Numbered from the stretch's first letter, positions 30,601 to 40,676 are shown. The stretch: 64,000 nucleotides of DNA from Gammaproteobacteria bacterium (GCA_965222155.1 CBDCTH010000012.1:928001-992000), one strand, 5' to 3'. The notes: generated by a model from the letters alone, not told the origin. Numbers and translations are program-made.

Positions 30601-33488
30601 CAGCTAAGTGATGCTTGCGCTGTTGTATATATTTTCAAGCGTTGCGCTGCCTCATTAAGGGCCTCAATTCGATCCGGCCCATCTGGACCAAGGGCATAGG
30701 CTGTAGTGCGACGGTAGGAATCGAGTAGCAGAGACGCCAATTCACCAAGTGCATCAAGTCGCATCATTGAGTGGTCCGGTAGTGCAATTCCTATTGCTTT
30801 ACAGAGGGCGTCTCGGTAATGCTCTGTATTTCCCGCCGTAGCGGATAACGCGCCAACTCGCTCGATTATCCGCGTTTCCCATTGCGGAGACCACTTACTC
30901 GTCTCGACCAAGTGAAAGGGACTTTGCATAACGTCTCCGACTACCTTGGCCTGAATCGAGAGGTTTTCTACGATTTCGTACTTGGTCTTAAGGGAGACTT
31001 CGTCGTCATGGTCTGCGCTTGGCCAGGAAAGCGTGACGCCATTAGTGATTCCTTCATCCCTGACTCTCACGCCCATCGCATAGTGAGCTGTCAAACCATT
31101 TCTGTGTTTTTTATGAAGGTGATCAACCAGACGATTCAATCGGCTACGTAGCGTCAGAAGCGTATCGGCCATCTGGTTCCATTCCGTTCTCAACTCTGAA
31201 TTGGCTGCTTCCCAGGCCAATCCCAATTGTTTCAGCACATCGGCTTTGCGCGCTTTGTTGGAATGCAATTCGAGACAAAAACGACTCAGACCAACTTTGT
31301 CTAATCGATTGTAGACAACTTCAAGCGCGGCTGTCTTCTCCGAAACGAAAAGGACTGTCTTTCCCTTACCTAATAGGTGACCAATGATGTTTGAGATGGT
31401 CTGACTCTTGCCGGTACCGGGTGGGCCAATTGCCACGAAGTCCTTGCCAAGATCGGCTGTGGCAACTGCTGCCATCTGGGACGAGTCTGCAGGTAGCGAT
31501 ACCAGAAGTTCGGACGGATTGTAGATGCGATCGAGCTGCTGCGGATCTACAAAACCCCTCTCCGCGACGTATGGGTCGCGGGGTGTATCCATCAGATGCC
31601 GCACCACAGCGTTATCCCACAAAGCATCGGTCCTATCGACGAGATCTTTCCACATGAGGAACTTTGCGAAGGAGAAGTGACCCAACACTACGTCTTCGAT
31701 AACCTCAAATCCAGGTACGTCCTTTAGCGCAAATCGAACTCTCTTCCAGATGGTCACAACGTCAATACCGCTCTTATCTACAGGCAGTGCTCCGTCGAGT
31801 CCCGGGATATCAATTCGGAAATCCCTACGGAGCATCTCTAATAACGTAGTATTAAAACGCGGCTCGTCGTCGTGGACGACCATCCTGATGCCGCTACGCA
31901 CAGATTTTCTTTCGAGAGTGACAGGCAGCAGGATCAGGGGAGATCGAAACCTGCGCTCATCTTTCTTCTCTCGTTTCCATAGCAGGAAGCCAATGGCGAG
32001 ATAAAGAGTATTGGAGCCACCTTCTTGTAGTGCTGTTTGCGCTTTTCGATAAATCTCGACTGCTCTCTTCGATAACAGTTCCTCTGGAAGGTCGACAAGG
32101 ACACGGCGGTGTTCCAGTTCATTGCGCGCATATTCCTCGGTAATTGATTCACCTTCTCGCTGACGGTGAATCTCCTCATCTTGGCTTCCTGAAGATGGTA
32201 AGGGAACGGGGGAGATCATTATCCGCGCTCCCTCGGCGAGCTTGTCTTCCAACAGGTGTGGATCAGGGCAGATGATACGTAGACTAGCCTTTGTCGCACG
32301 ATGATTCAGCAAGGGATTTCGCAGGGTGAGATCGAGTAGCTTCCGTTGCCAGCGATCCAGACGATTTTCGGGCGTATCGGATTTCCCGTCATCCGGGTCA
32401 GCATTATCGAAGTCCGGAAGGCTTGGCGCTGGCTCTAATGGCAATTGCGCTACGGTGCTGCTGTCCTTGGTTTCTGGCTTACCAGACTTGAGGCCGAGAG
32501 GTGTGATGCTATGTGCCCGCGCACGGCGGATATCGACCGCAGCGCTGAAAGTGTCGTCGTCATCGACGCGGATGCTACTACCGCTGGTTGCGAGAGCCTT
32601 AGAGAATGGTGGAGCGGGATGAGACGTCACGCAGGTCGTCTCAATGAGTACAAGTTCTTTTAGATCGATTCGTTTTCTGAGTGTTTCTGCCTCATCAATC
32701 ACGATAGTCGAAAGATCCTCGGGTTGAAGCCAGACCCCGGCAAGTGCATGACCCTTTGGTAACGCGATAATCGGGTTGAGTCCGGCCTGCTCAAAAGCTG
32801 AAGCGAACAGCATGGCTGTATCTAGACAGGTTGCTACCCGGCTATCGAGAATCTGTGTCGGCAGGCGAATTTTCTGGCCGTCGCTCTCGAAGCTCGCTGG
32901 CGGGGCAGCGTAGGTAAGACCTAGATTGGCAATCGCTGAGTAAATGGCAGATGCGATTTCCCATACGCGCTCACGACTTTGGGACTGGTAACCGTCTATC
33001 TGATCCTGTATGCCCGCTCGACGTAGAACCTCGCTAGCATTCCTAAGAATTTTATCAACCGCCGGATCGTTCGGCATGGAAAACGCCGCCAGAAGCTCAG
33101 GCATAAACCCGGCCCCACCCCACTCGTTGTACGCCAGCAATTCGACCGGCTTCGTCAGCTCATACAGGACGTTTTCTTCCTTTTCAAGCCGGAGCGTAAT
33201 GCTGCCGCGTATGGAGTCAGTGAGGTTCAGGAGGAACTCGCCGTCTATTTCAAGGTCCCGGTCCATGATGGATATCAATCCTTGTGGTGCTACCCGGTCG
33301 ACACGCCAAGTCTTCTCTCGGATAAATGCAGGATTGGATTGAAGGGTCAGAATCATGTCCTCAATGCGGTGGTCATCATGGAGGTTTCTAACGCGAAGGC
33401 TTCGCAGAATGGTATATGCGCTTTGGTGTGCCGCGAAGTTCAGCTTAGCCGCGATATCTGCTTGAATTTGCAGATTTTTCATCGACAT
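27603..33488 (-). CDS. DUF4011 + superfamily 1 helicase + Vsr/MTES_1575-like nuclease (Hhe-like antiphage architecture), 1961 aa
   Basis: WQRKLLDLTLRNPLLN (DUF4011), GPPGTGKSQT, DEASQ, GDPKQMPP, VQGDERD, RRLNVAVTRAR, ESPFE...YRIDLG...IECDG..YHS...RERD..R...LE.LGW. Confidence 0.88.
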   Translation of the reverse strand: MSMKNLQIQADIAAKLNFAAHQSAYTILRSLRVRNLHDDHRIEDMILTLQSNPAFIREKTWRVDRVAPQGLISIMDRDLEIDGEFLLNLTDSIRGSITLRLEKEENVLYELTKPVELLAYNEWGGAGFMPELLAAFSMPNDPAVDKILRNASEVLRRAGIQDQIDGYQSQSRERVWEIASAIYSAIANLGLTYAAPPASFESDGQKIRLPTQILDSRVATCLDTAMLFASAFEQAGLNPIIALPKGHALAGVWLQPEDLSTIVIDEAETLRKRIDLKELVLIETTCVTSHPAPPFSKALATSGSSIRVDDDDTFSAAVDIRRARAHSITPLGLKSGKPETKDSSTVAQLPLEPAPSLPDFDNADPDDGKSDTPENRLDRWQRKLLDLTLRNPLLNHRATKASLRIICPDPHLLEDKLAEGARIMISPVPLPSSGSQDEEIHRQREGESITEEYARNELEHRRVLVDLPEELLSKRAVEIYRKAQTALQEGGSNTLYLAIGFLLWKREKKDERRFRSPLILLPVTLERKSVRSGIRMVVHDDEPRFNTTLLEMLRRDFRIDIPGLDGALPVDKSGIDVVTIWKRVRFALKDVPGFEVIEDVVLGHFSFAKFLMWKDLVDRTDALWDNAVVRHLMDTPRDPYVAERGFVDPQQLDRIYNPSELLVSLPADSSQMAAVATADLGKDFVAIGPPGTGKSQTISNIIGHLLGKGKTVLFVSEKTAALEVVYNRLDKVGLSRFCLELHSNKARKADVLKQLGLAWEAANSELRTEWNQMADTLLTLRSRLNRLVDHLHKKHRNGLTAHYAMGVRVRDEGITNGVTLSWPSADHDDEVSLKTKYEIVENLSIQAKVVGDVMQSPFHLVETSKWSPQWETRIIERVGALSATAGNTEHYRDALCKAIGIALPDHSMMRLDALGELASLLLDSYRRTTAYALGPDGPDRIEALNEAAQRLKIYTTAQASLSCIYKPFAWRILDGEDLGRRWKDANSKWWLKRFFAKRRIIKEMRTNGAQEKPDPTTDAPLLANLRQGGEAIDRLDQLLSDFKEWSRHTTEPAALDTLRQLGERARAVVGKLANDPQTLVDVRGKIRTLLHDGNDLLAAESSVGRLATVFLNSLEQMQQAISEFEAVAGGSVRKVFASTENALPEVQQIANTIQTRHSELNSWCAWRGRRSEAIDAGLLPLVQAVEEGRVTPDEIKKTFEAAYCSWWSTAVIEEDEILRSFSAPEHEAAIDKFRRIDDDFQILTARYIEATLSGVLPDQENVTKSSGWGVLRRELQKTRRHKPVRKLLEEAPDVLTSLTPCFMMSPLSVAQYLPANQALFDVVIFDEASQITVWDAVGSIARGRQVIVAGDPKQMPPSNFFTRTEDDPDGDIDVEGDLESILDEMLGASIPSTTLNLHYRSHYESLIAFSNDRYYGNELITFPAPEVVDRAVSLVRPDSFYARGGARHNQGEAKAIVDEAIRRLTHQDPEVRDRSIGIVTFNSEQQTLIEDLLDDARRKHPEIEPAFSREHVAEPVFVKNLETVQGDERDVVLFSITYGPDRSGHVTMNFGPLNREGGERRLNVAVTRARTEMIVFSALHPDQIDLSRSQARAVADLKHFLEYAERGKAVLGSIVQGYRDDFESPFEVAVARELQMQGWQVHPQVGVSAYRIDLGIVHPDTPGRYLAGIECDGAMYHSSAFARERDKIRQSVLENLGWTIVRIWSTDWWTNKKGALKKVDDALRLRLEESRQEHANQEHADIADKDINNETGMSDADVIESTPSDSGDAKPEYSDINAEGFTPYSEFRGSTGPDPRDASAVQVAEGLLRIIQDEGPMLAKRAYDIYLRGCGIRRMGGELKRMMNKAIQHALRQGLVIKEDEWGKDGLIYSVVRLPDAPPVIVREGGSRSFDDIPPSELQLVARQLLKDREDELKFGSEAHLRAVLSVFGLRRLTTPVVVKLLDILQRRYSYVDEVLDHRET

Positions 33489-33868
33489 TGGATAGTTCTC
33501 CTATATTTATCGAATTCTTCCTACACAGACTACCCGATTTTTTATCTTTGAAAAGTCTCAAATGTTTTTCAGTACACACACATCATTTGCCGGACGTCGA
33601 CGCGAGACTTTAAAACAAGACGACCGTCCCGCGACGAATAGCCCGATTGATTAAACCACTACATTCGCAATCCAATTAAAGGAGGCCTTCGGTGAAACGT
33701 TAATATTATGGGCGTGGCAGATGGTTGTCTGATCCCATATATTCCGCTCCTGAAATACTAGGCTCTCGCTGAAACACGGCATTGATCGCCTGTTAAGAGA
33801 CCAGAGCGATTACGTGTTACTGATGATCGGTGCACTTAGGTTGAGAACAAAATCCCACAAAAACCCAA

Positions 33869-34117
33869 TTGTTTTTGTATCTGGAATTGGAACCGGGTGA
33901 AGTTGAGCAGTTGAAAATCAAGGCAGCCCTGTTTGATGCCATTATTGCCTACATCAAAGAAAATGATCTGACTCAGAAACAGGCTGCCGATATCATGGGT
34001 GTACAGCGTTCGCGTATTGGTGATGTGTGTCGGGGGAAAATGTCCGGGTTCTCCATTGATGCTTCTGTCTCTATGGCAGCGAGAGCCGGTCTGCATCCAC
34101 TACAAATTGCGACCTGA
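33869..34117 (+). pseudogene. HigA-like XRE/HTH_37 antitoxin, orphan, 5' end apparently degraded
   Basis: KAAL...I...LTQKQAADIMGVQRSRI.D..RGK...FSID; no clear start and no toxin ORF upstream. Confidence 0.6.
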
Positions 34118-34281
34118 CGGTCTTAACAGGCTACTTTAAGCGTCACAGAGGATTTTTTCATAAATACGAAGGATAGAACCCGTACAGGATCAGCGTTATC
34201 CGTAAAGAATGATTTTCAACCAGTTGTTGTATTTACCTTGAAAATCCGTAAATCAAGTACGGATTTTCAAGGAATAATGCC

Positions 34282-34836
34282 TTACTTTAGATTTTTCAAA
34301 AGAAACTTTTTAAGTGGATCCAATGCAGGGCTCTCGAAATTCCAGTACTTGGCATTGTATTCTTCTGACTTGTCTGTTTTATTAAGCGCCCCAAGGGCTT
34401 CCTTATAGCTGTATATTTTCCCCTTTATATCGGGGGTGATGTATTCGCGCTTTTTTCCATTCAGGCATTTTTTGTAATCTTCAAAACACGCGAAGATATC
34501 CGCATGGTCCGGGATGATAATTTCTTCCAAAAGATTTTCCAGGATTCCATCAGATCGATTGTCGGGGAAAAGGAAAACCTCAAATTCCAAGCCGTTAAGT
34601 TTGTCCAGAATTTCCTGGCGAGTGTTCTTATAATCACTATTGGCATCAAAAATGATTATAAGCTTTGAGCCTTGGACCAATTTCCTTTCGATGTTTGACC
34701 TTACAAGGTTGTATTTGCCCCCTATATTTTCAAGCCATTCTGGAGAGAAATTATCTATGGGTAAATTGCGAGCGTAGTTTTTCAGGAAGAAAAGGTCTTC
34801 CTTGCCCTCAACGACGATATGGAATTTTTTATCCAT
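34282..34836 (-). CDS. DUF3226-like TOPRIM-fold protein
   Basis: VVEGKED, IIFDAN, FLFPDN...GILENL. Confidence 0.7.
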   Translation of the reverse strand: MDKKFHIVVEGKEDLFFLKNYARNLPIDNFSPEWLENIGGKYNLVRSNIERKLVQGSKLIIIFDANSDYKNTRQEILDKLNGLEFEVFLFPDNRSDGILENLLEEIIIPDHADIFACFEDYKKCLNGKKREYITPDIKGKIYSYKEALGALNKTDKSEEYNAKYWNFESPALDPLKKFLLKNLK

Positions 34837-34842
34837 ATTTGG

Positions 34843-35964
34843 TTATCGAATGTCGATACCGGAATTCTCCGACTTTACCAAATCCTCATGGGAATATCTG
34901 AATACCTTGACCTCATCGGAATCCAATTTTTCCAATGCAAAGCACGCAGCTATGTTATCTCCATCATTGGCAGATGAGTTGCTACTCAATACTTCTGTCA
35001 GAAGTCTTATGACGTCAGCATTATGGGTAGTTGCAAATATCTGCGTTCCACACTTGGCCGAATGCTCCAGAATCATCTCCCACATATGTTTTATTGTGGA
35101 AACATGAAGCCCATTGTCAACTTCATCTACGAGCAACACGCCGTCTCTCGTTCCATCAATGCTGGAAAGTATATTGAGAATACGGACGGCGCCATTCCCG
35201 AACAGATTTATGGGAATAAAACTATCAAGACCTATATCAATAGAAACAACTCCTCGAGGCCCTGTTTTAATATCCTGAATTTTGGGATCAATAAACCTTA
35301 GGCTATGCAAAAGTGAATCCTTTCGTTTTGCATTAAGAATTTTGTCAACGAAGTTATGGTCGTATCCTTTGGGCCACAAGAAACGGAATTTTATGGTTTC
35401 CTTGTAATTATCAGCCGGAGTTAGAGTAAAACTCAGGTCGTCAAGTTGCGTCCTGCGCGTCGTGGCTTCGTAATCCATATCCTGGCCAGTGGCCTTGTCG
35501 GTAATGGTAAACTTATACTTAAACCCCGTGAGAGATTCCCCTGGTTCAAAATTTTCAACACGGGTTTGGGAGACCTGTCTTACGCTTATATCTCCGGAAA
35601 CTGCTGATGGGCGGTCAACACTCCGCTCGGTGTAAAGGTTGCCAAACATGGGAGAAACCTTAAGACATCTCTTTCCTTTTCTTTGTATCCCAGATAACGT
35701 TATTCCCTGCTCATGATTGCGAGCATAAAAATAATTTCTCAGGTCAGAACTTTCATTGGGAAATATTCCTCTCCAACTTTCTATGTCTATTATCAAACCA
35801 GGATTCGAAATCCCGGTCAGTAGAAATACCGACTCTAAAACTGCAGTCTTGCAGTAATTATTTTTGCCGACAAACAGATTAACTCGCGCGAGATCATTAA
35901 TTTCCAAGGATTTAATCCCACGGAAATTTTCAATCTTCAAAGATTTGTAAAAATGCTCTTTCAT
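34843..35964 (-). CDS. ABC-type (AAA_15/AAA_21) ATPase
   Basis: LKIENFRGI, Walker A-like GKNNYCKT, Walker B LLVDEVDNGLH, ATTHN. Confidence 0.85.
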   Translation of the reverse strand: MKEHFYKSLKIENFRGIKSLEINDLARVNLFVGKNNYCKTAVLESVFLLTGISNPGLIIDIESWRGIFPNESSDLRNYFYARNHEQGITLSGIQRKGKRCLKVSPMFGNLYTERSVDRPSAVSGDISVRQVSQTRVENFEPGESLTGFKYKFTITDKATGQDMDYEATTRRTQLDDLSFTLTPADNYKETIKFRFLWPKGYDHNFVDKILNAKRKDSLLHSLRFIDPKIQDIKTGPRGVVSIDIGLDSFIPINLFGNGAVRILNILSSIDGTRDGVLLVDEVDNGLHVSTIKHMWEMILEHSAKCGTQIFATTHNADVIRLLTEVLSSNSSANDGDNIAACFALEKLDSDEVKVFRYSHEDLVKSENSGIDIR

Positions 35965-36035
35965 GTTGCGTTTTCACTATCCTGCATTATACCACTACAA
36001 ACTCCACACGGCCCACTAAAGCTGCCTTGATCACA

Positions 36036-37385
36036 TCACCCTGCGCCCCACAGCAGCAGCCCACCGCCGAACAGGAACAGTGTCAGCAGGAATATCACGA
36101 AGGTATAACCCATTATCTGGCGCATGTGCAGGCCTGCGATCGCCAGCAGGGGGATGGTCCAGAAGGGCTGGATCATGTTGGTCCACTGGTCGCCGTAGGA
36201 GATGGCCAGCACGATGATGGAGGGATCGACTCCCAGGTTCTGTCCCGCTTCGATAAATATCGGGCCTTGCACTGCCCACTGGCCGCCGCCCGATGGGATG
36301 AACATGTTGACCAGGCCGGCGCAGAGGAAAGCAAAAAAGCTGAGTGTTTCTGCGGTGGCAATCGAAGTAAACCAGTCGGAAATGATGCCGGCGAGGCCGG
36401 TGCCCTGCATCATGCCCAGGATGCCTGCATAAAACGGGTATTGTATGAGCACCGGGCCTATGGTCGAACTCGCGTTGTTAATCAGCTGAACGTAATGGGA
36501 TGGTGAGCGGGACAGCAGCAGACCGGCGCCGAGAAATGACCAGTTCACCAGGTTCAGGTTGAGGTGAAAGCCGTTGGCATAAAAACTGTAGCCGATGTAA
36601 GCAAACAGGGCGGCGCCAAGGATCAGCGTAAGAGTTCGCATGTCGTCAAGGTACTGGGCAAAGGTCTTCGGTCCGGTCACGCTGCCTGGTTCCTCGACGT
36701 GTTCCTCAAGCAGCACGGGGTAGATCTCGATAATTTCCTGTTCCCGGGGACGCATCAACGGGCAGATTACCGAGATGATTACCAGGGTGATCAGGGCCAG
36801 CAAGCCGTTATGCAGGGTGAATACGGTATCGGTAATAGGGATAATACCGATTTCTGCTTCCAGCGAATGGCCGGCTGTGGCGACAAACAAGCCGGCTGAA
36901 GAGGAATAGCCCATGTGCCAGATGACGAAGCCGGCGTAGGCGGATGCGACCAGCAGCGGATAGTGAATGTGTATGCCTCGCCTGGCCCCTTGTCTGGCGA
37001 CCTCCCGCGCTACGGTAGCGCCTACGATCAGCCCTAATGACCAGGCGATAAGCGAACCTACCCCGGCGCTGAATGCAACCAGCGCGTAAGCACGGGTGGC
37101 GTTGTTCGGGATATTGCCGATGCGCTTTAACAGGGTTTGCACCCTGTCGGTGTGGACCAGCGCGTGGGCTGTCAGCAGTGTTATGCAGATCTGGGCGGTA
37201 AACGCCAACAGACTCGGCAGTCCGTCACCCCAGGCCGACAACGCTGCGGCCGGCGTTGCATCTGCGAGCACGAGAGACAGCAGGAAAGTGAGGACGGAGA
37301 GCAGGACCACGAATACAAACGGGTCCGGGTAGTAACGCTCAACGAATGTGACAAAAGGGCGCGCCAGTAACTGAAAAAATCGCAT
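36036..37385 (-). CDS. atoE: Short-chain fatty acid transporter (AtoE family)
   Basis: PDPFVF, HYPLLVASAY, QYPFYAGI, PSGGGQWAVQGP, GDQWTNMIQPFW. Confidence 0.88.
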   Translation of the reverse strand: MRFFQLLARPFVTFVERYYPDPFVFVVLLSVLTFLLSLVLADATPAAALSAWGDGLPSLLAFTAQICITLLTAHALVHTDRVQTLLKRIGNIPNNATRAYALVAFSAGVGSLIAWSLGLIVGATVAREVARQGARRGIHIHYPLLVASAYAGFVIWHMGYSSSAGLFVATAGHSLEAEIGIIPITDTVFTLHNGLLALITLVIISVICPLMRPREQEIIEIYPVLLEEHVEEPGSVTGPKTFAQYLDDMRTLTLILGAALFAYIGYSFYANGFHLNLNLVNWSFLGAGLLLSRSPSHYVQLINNASSTIGPVLIQYPFYAGILGMMQGTGLAGIISDWFTSIATAETLSFFAFLCAGLVNMFIPSGGGQWAVQGPIFIEAGQNLGVDPSIIVLAISYGDQWTNMIQPFWTIPLLAIAGLHMRQIMGYTFVIFLLTLFLFGGGLLLWGAG

Positions 37386-37581
37386 AAATTTACTCTGGTA
37401 TCCTGTGGGGTCAGATTAAAATCTGTCCCCTGTTACTCTCGCCGAGGCTCCACAGTCGTCATTCCGGGCTTGTCCCGGAATCCAGTGAAAACGCGAGCCT
37501 TCATAACAAGGAAAGTTATTTGACTGGATTCCGGCATTCGCCGGAATGACGGTAGTTAAGGAAAACGTAGTTTGACCTTTG

Positions 37582-37683
37582 TTTATCTCCGTCATTAAAA
37601 TTCCAGGTGGTCGGTTCCCGCCCACGATTTTCTCCACGCTGTCACGTCGATTATTTATCTCCGTCATTAAAATTCCAGGTGGT
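37582..37683. repeat. 30-bp direct repeat duplicating the asnS 3' end
   Basis: TTTATCTCCGTCATTAAAATTCCAGGTGGT at 37582-37611 and 37654-37683. Confidence 0.85.
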
Positions 37684-39049
37684 TGGGGGTGCGTGGAAAC
37701 GGGATGACATCACGGATGTTGCCGGCGCCGGTCAACAACATCAGCAAGCGTTCAAAGCCCAGGCCGAAGCCGCAATGGGGCGCAGTGCCGTATTTGCGTG
37801 TATCCAGGTACCACCAGAAATCGGCAGGATGAAGGCCCAGTTCCGTTATGCGCCGGTGTAGCTGCTCATAGCGTTCCTCACGCTGGCTGCCGCCGATGAT
37901 CTCACCGATGGAGGGCACCAGGACATCCATGGCGGCCACCGTCCTGCCGTCATCATTCTGGCGCATGTAGAATGCCTTGATGTCTTTTGGATAATCAAAC
38001 ACGATCACTGGCCGTTTGAAATGGTTCTCCGTTAAAAACCGCTCATGCTCAGACTGTAAGTCCTTGCCCCATTCCGGTTTGAACTCGAAGTTTTGACCTG
38101 ATTTTTGCAATATCTCTACGGCCTCCGTATAGGGGAGACGGATAAATTCATTATCCGCAATATTTTCCAGGGTGGCGGGCAGGGATTTATCGACAAAGCG
38201 GCAGAACAGGTCGAGATCGGCGCTGCATTCTTCCCTGACGAAGTTCACCAGGTAGCGGATCAGTTCCTCCCCCAGGTCCATGTTGTCGTTCAGGTCGGAG
38301 AAGGCCATTTCCGGCTCTATCATCCAGAACTCGGCGGCATGGCGGGAGGTGTTGGAGTTCTCTGCGCGAAATGTCGGGCCGAATGTATAAACGCGCCCCA
38401 GGCTCAGGCAATAGGTTTCCACCTCCAACTGTCCCGATACCGTCAGGTTTGCCTCTTTGCCGAAGAAGTCCCGGGTGAAATCGACCACGCCATCCTGCTT
38501 GGCTACATCCTGTAAATCCAGTGTAGTCACCCGGAACAACTCCCCGGCGCCCTCGCAATCGGCGCCGGTAATGATGGGGGTGTGAATCCAGTTGAAATCA
38601 CGCTCCTGAAAGAAGCTATGGACGGCATGGGACAACCTGGAACGGATACGGAACATGGCGCCGTACTTATTGGTGCGCGGGCGCAGGTGGGCAATCGTGC
38701 GCAGGAACTCGTCGGAATGGCGTTTCTTTTGCAGGGGATAGTCTTCCGGCGCGCTGCCGATTACTTCAATGGCAGCGGCCCGAATCTCCCATTTCTGGCC
38801 CTTGCCGGGCGATTCGACCAAATCTCCCCGTACTTTGATGGCCGCGCCGGTGGTGATGTGCTTAAGCGTAAGTGTGTCCAGTTCCGTGTCGGCGATTACC
38901 TGTATATTTGCCAGACAGGAACCATCGTTCAATTCGATGAATGAAAATTCTTTTGCATCCCGTCTGGTCCTGACCCAACCGGATAGTTCCGTGCCTTGAA
39001 CAGGACCGTCGGCATTCAACAGTGCTTTAACCGTATTATATTCCTGCAT
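37667..39049 (-). CDS. asnS: Asparagine--tRNA ligase
   Basis: [50 protein letters not shown]. Confidence 0.97.
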   Translation of the reverse strand: MQEYNTVKALLNADGPVQGTELSGWVRTRRDAKEFSFIELNDGSCLANIQVIADTELDTLTLKHITTGAAIKVRGDLVESPGKGQKWEIRAAAIEVIGSAPEDYPLQKKRHSDEFLRTIAHLRPRTNKYGAMFRIRSRLSHAVHSFFQERDFNWIHTPIITGADCEGAGELFRVTTLDLQDVAKQDGVVDFTRDFFGKEANLTVSGQLEVETYCLSLGRVYTFGPTFRAENSNTSRHAAEFWMIEPEMAFSDLNDNMDLGEELIRYLVNFVREECSADLDLFCRFVDKSLPATLENIADNEFIRLPYTEAVEILQKSGQNFEFKPEWGKDLQSEHERFLTENHFKRPVIVFDYPKDIKAFYMRQNDDGRTVAAMDVLVPSIGEIIGGSQREERYEQLHRRITELGLHPADFWWYLDTRKYGTAPHCGFGLGFERLLMLLTGAGNIRDVIPFPRTPNHLEF

Positions 39050-39052
39050 GAA

Positions 39053-39715
39053 TCAGCGCTTTCTGATCAAGGTGAGTCCGTCGCCGATTGGGAGCATGCA
39101 CATATCTACCTTATCGTCTGCATGTACCATCTTGTTGAACTCACGGATGGCTACCGTTTCATCACTCTGTTTGTCCGGGTTTGCCACGTTACCCCCCCAG
39201 AGCACGTTATCTATGGCCATCAGACCACCACTGCGCAGCAGGCGATAATTCAGTGGGTAGTAGGCGGAGTATTCCTCCTTTACCGCATCCACAAAAATAA
39301 AATCGAAACTGTCCGACGCGCCGGACGCGACCAAATCAGCCAGGGTGTCAAGGGCAGGGGCCAGGCGCAGTTCGATTTTTTCCGCAACGCCGGCTGCCTG
39401 CCAGTATTCTTTTGCCCTGGACGTATATTCTTCGTTCACGTCACAGGCAATGATTTTTCCGTCAGGGGGCAATGCCCTGGCCATGCACAGGCTGCTGTAA
39501 CCGGTATACACTCCCAACTCTATGATCTTCCTGGCATTCAGCAGCTTCACCAGCAAGGCTATGAACTGCCCCAGTTCCGGTGAAATCTGCATCACTGCCC
39601 ATTTATGCTGTGCCGTTTGCGCGCGGCAGCGTTGCATAATTTCATCCTCCCGTAACGTTGCGGAGAGAATATATTCGTAAACCTGTTCGGTTAAATTGAT
39701 GGAAGTTCTGGACAT
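39053..39715 (-). CDS. Class I SAM-dependent O-methyltransferase (caffeoyl-CoA/catechol type)
   Basis: ELGVYTGYS, FDFIFVDA.K, DNVLW.G, PIGDGLTL. Confidence 0.92.
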   Translation of the reverse strand: MSRTSINLTEQVYEYILSATLREDEIMQRCRAQTAQHKWAVMQISPELGQFIALLVKLLNARKIIELGVYTGYSSLCMARALPPDGKIIACDVNEEYTSRAKEYWQAAGVAEKIELRLAPALDTLADLVASGASDSFDFIFVDAVKEEYSAYYPLNYRLLRSGGLMAIDNVLWGGNVANPDKQSDETVAIREFNKMVHADDKVDMCMLPIGDGLTLIRKR

Positions 39716-39743
39716 TAAGCCTGCTCGGGAATTTAATAGAGAT

Positions 39744-40523
39744 ATGCTACAGCATATCGAAATTCAGCGTCAGTATCCAGAGACAATCAGGCTGGCACAA
39801 CTGACGGATACGCATATTTCGGCTGATGAAAATGAATTATTTGGTGGTGTCAATACGACCGGGACATTACTGGATGTAATTGCTGACGTGAAACGTCGGG
39901 AAGACCTGGATCTGGTGTTGTTGACGGGTGATCTGGCCCACACCCCCTCGGTGGAAACATACAAAAAACTTGCGGCGTTATTGCAGCAGGTTAATGCGCC
40001 GGTCCACTGCCTGCCCGGGAACCATGACGACCCCCAGCTCATGCAGCGGTTGCTGAACACCGGTAACGTCAGTACGGCCAACTTTCTCAGCTGTGGCGCC
40101 TGGTCGATAATCCTGCTGAATACCTTTATGGCCGGCGATCATGGCGGTTATCTGTCTACAGCCGAACTGTCCTGCCTTGAGACCGCCCTGGCGCGTTCCT
40201 GCGACAAGCATGTTTTGATCTGCCTGCACCACCAACCCGTCAATATCCATAGCGCCTGGATGGACGCGATGGCGCTGAAAAACAGTGAGGTATTGTTTCA
40301 GGCCTTGGATCGGCATGATAATGTAAGAGGCATCGTCTGGGGGCATATACACCAGGAATTTTCGACGACCCGGAACGGAGTCCTGTTATTCGGTTCCCCG
40401 TCAACCTGTGTCCAGTTCCTCCAACAGTCGGATGAGGCCGGGATTGACACCAAACCGCCGGCTTATCGAAGCCTGACCTTAACTGAAAACGGCGGCATCC
40501 ACACCCGTATCCATTGGCTGTAA
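39744..40523 (+). CDS. cpdA: 3',5'-cyclic AMP phosphodiesterase (Icc/CpdA)
   Basis: TDTH, TGDL, PGNHD, LHH, GHIH, PSTCVQF. Confidence 0.88.
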   Translation: MLQHIEIQRQYPETIRLAQLTDTHISADENELFGGVNTTGTLLDVIADVKRREDLDLVLLTGDLAHTPSVETYKKLAALLQQVNAPVHCLPGNHDDPQLMQRLLNTGNVSTANFLSCGAWSIILLNTFMAGDHGGYLSTAELSCLETALARSCDKHVLICLHHQPVNIHSAWMDAMALKNSEVLFQALDRHDNVRGIVWGHIHQEFSTTRNGVLLFGSPSTCVQFLQQSDEAGIDTKPPAYRSLTLTENGGIHTRIHWL

Positions 40524-40676
40524 CCATATCCGCCTGAAACGGAAATAGAATTACAGGTGGAAATTCGTTCACAATGTCCTACAATCCAGATTATGGAAAT
40601 GCGGGCTAGTCAAGCGGGTCTGCATGACAAAGCGGCGCCTTCGGATCGGAAACGAAAATGAGGAGACTTGTTGTAA

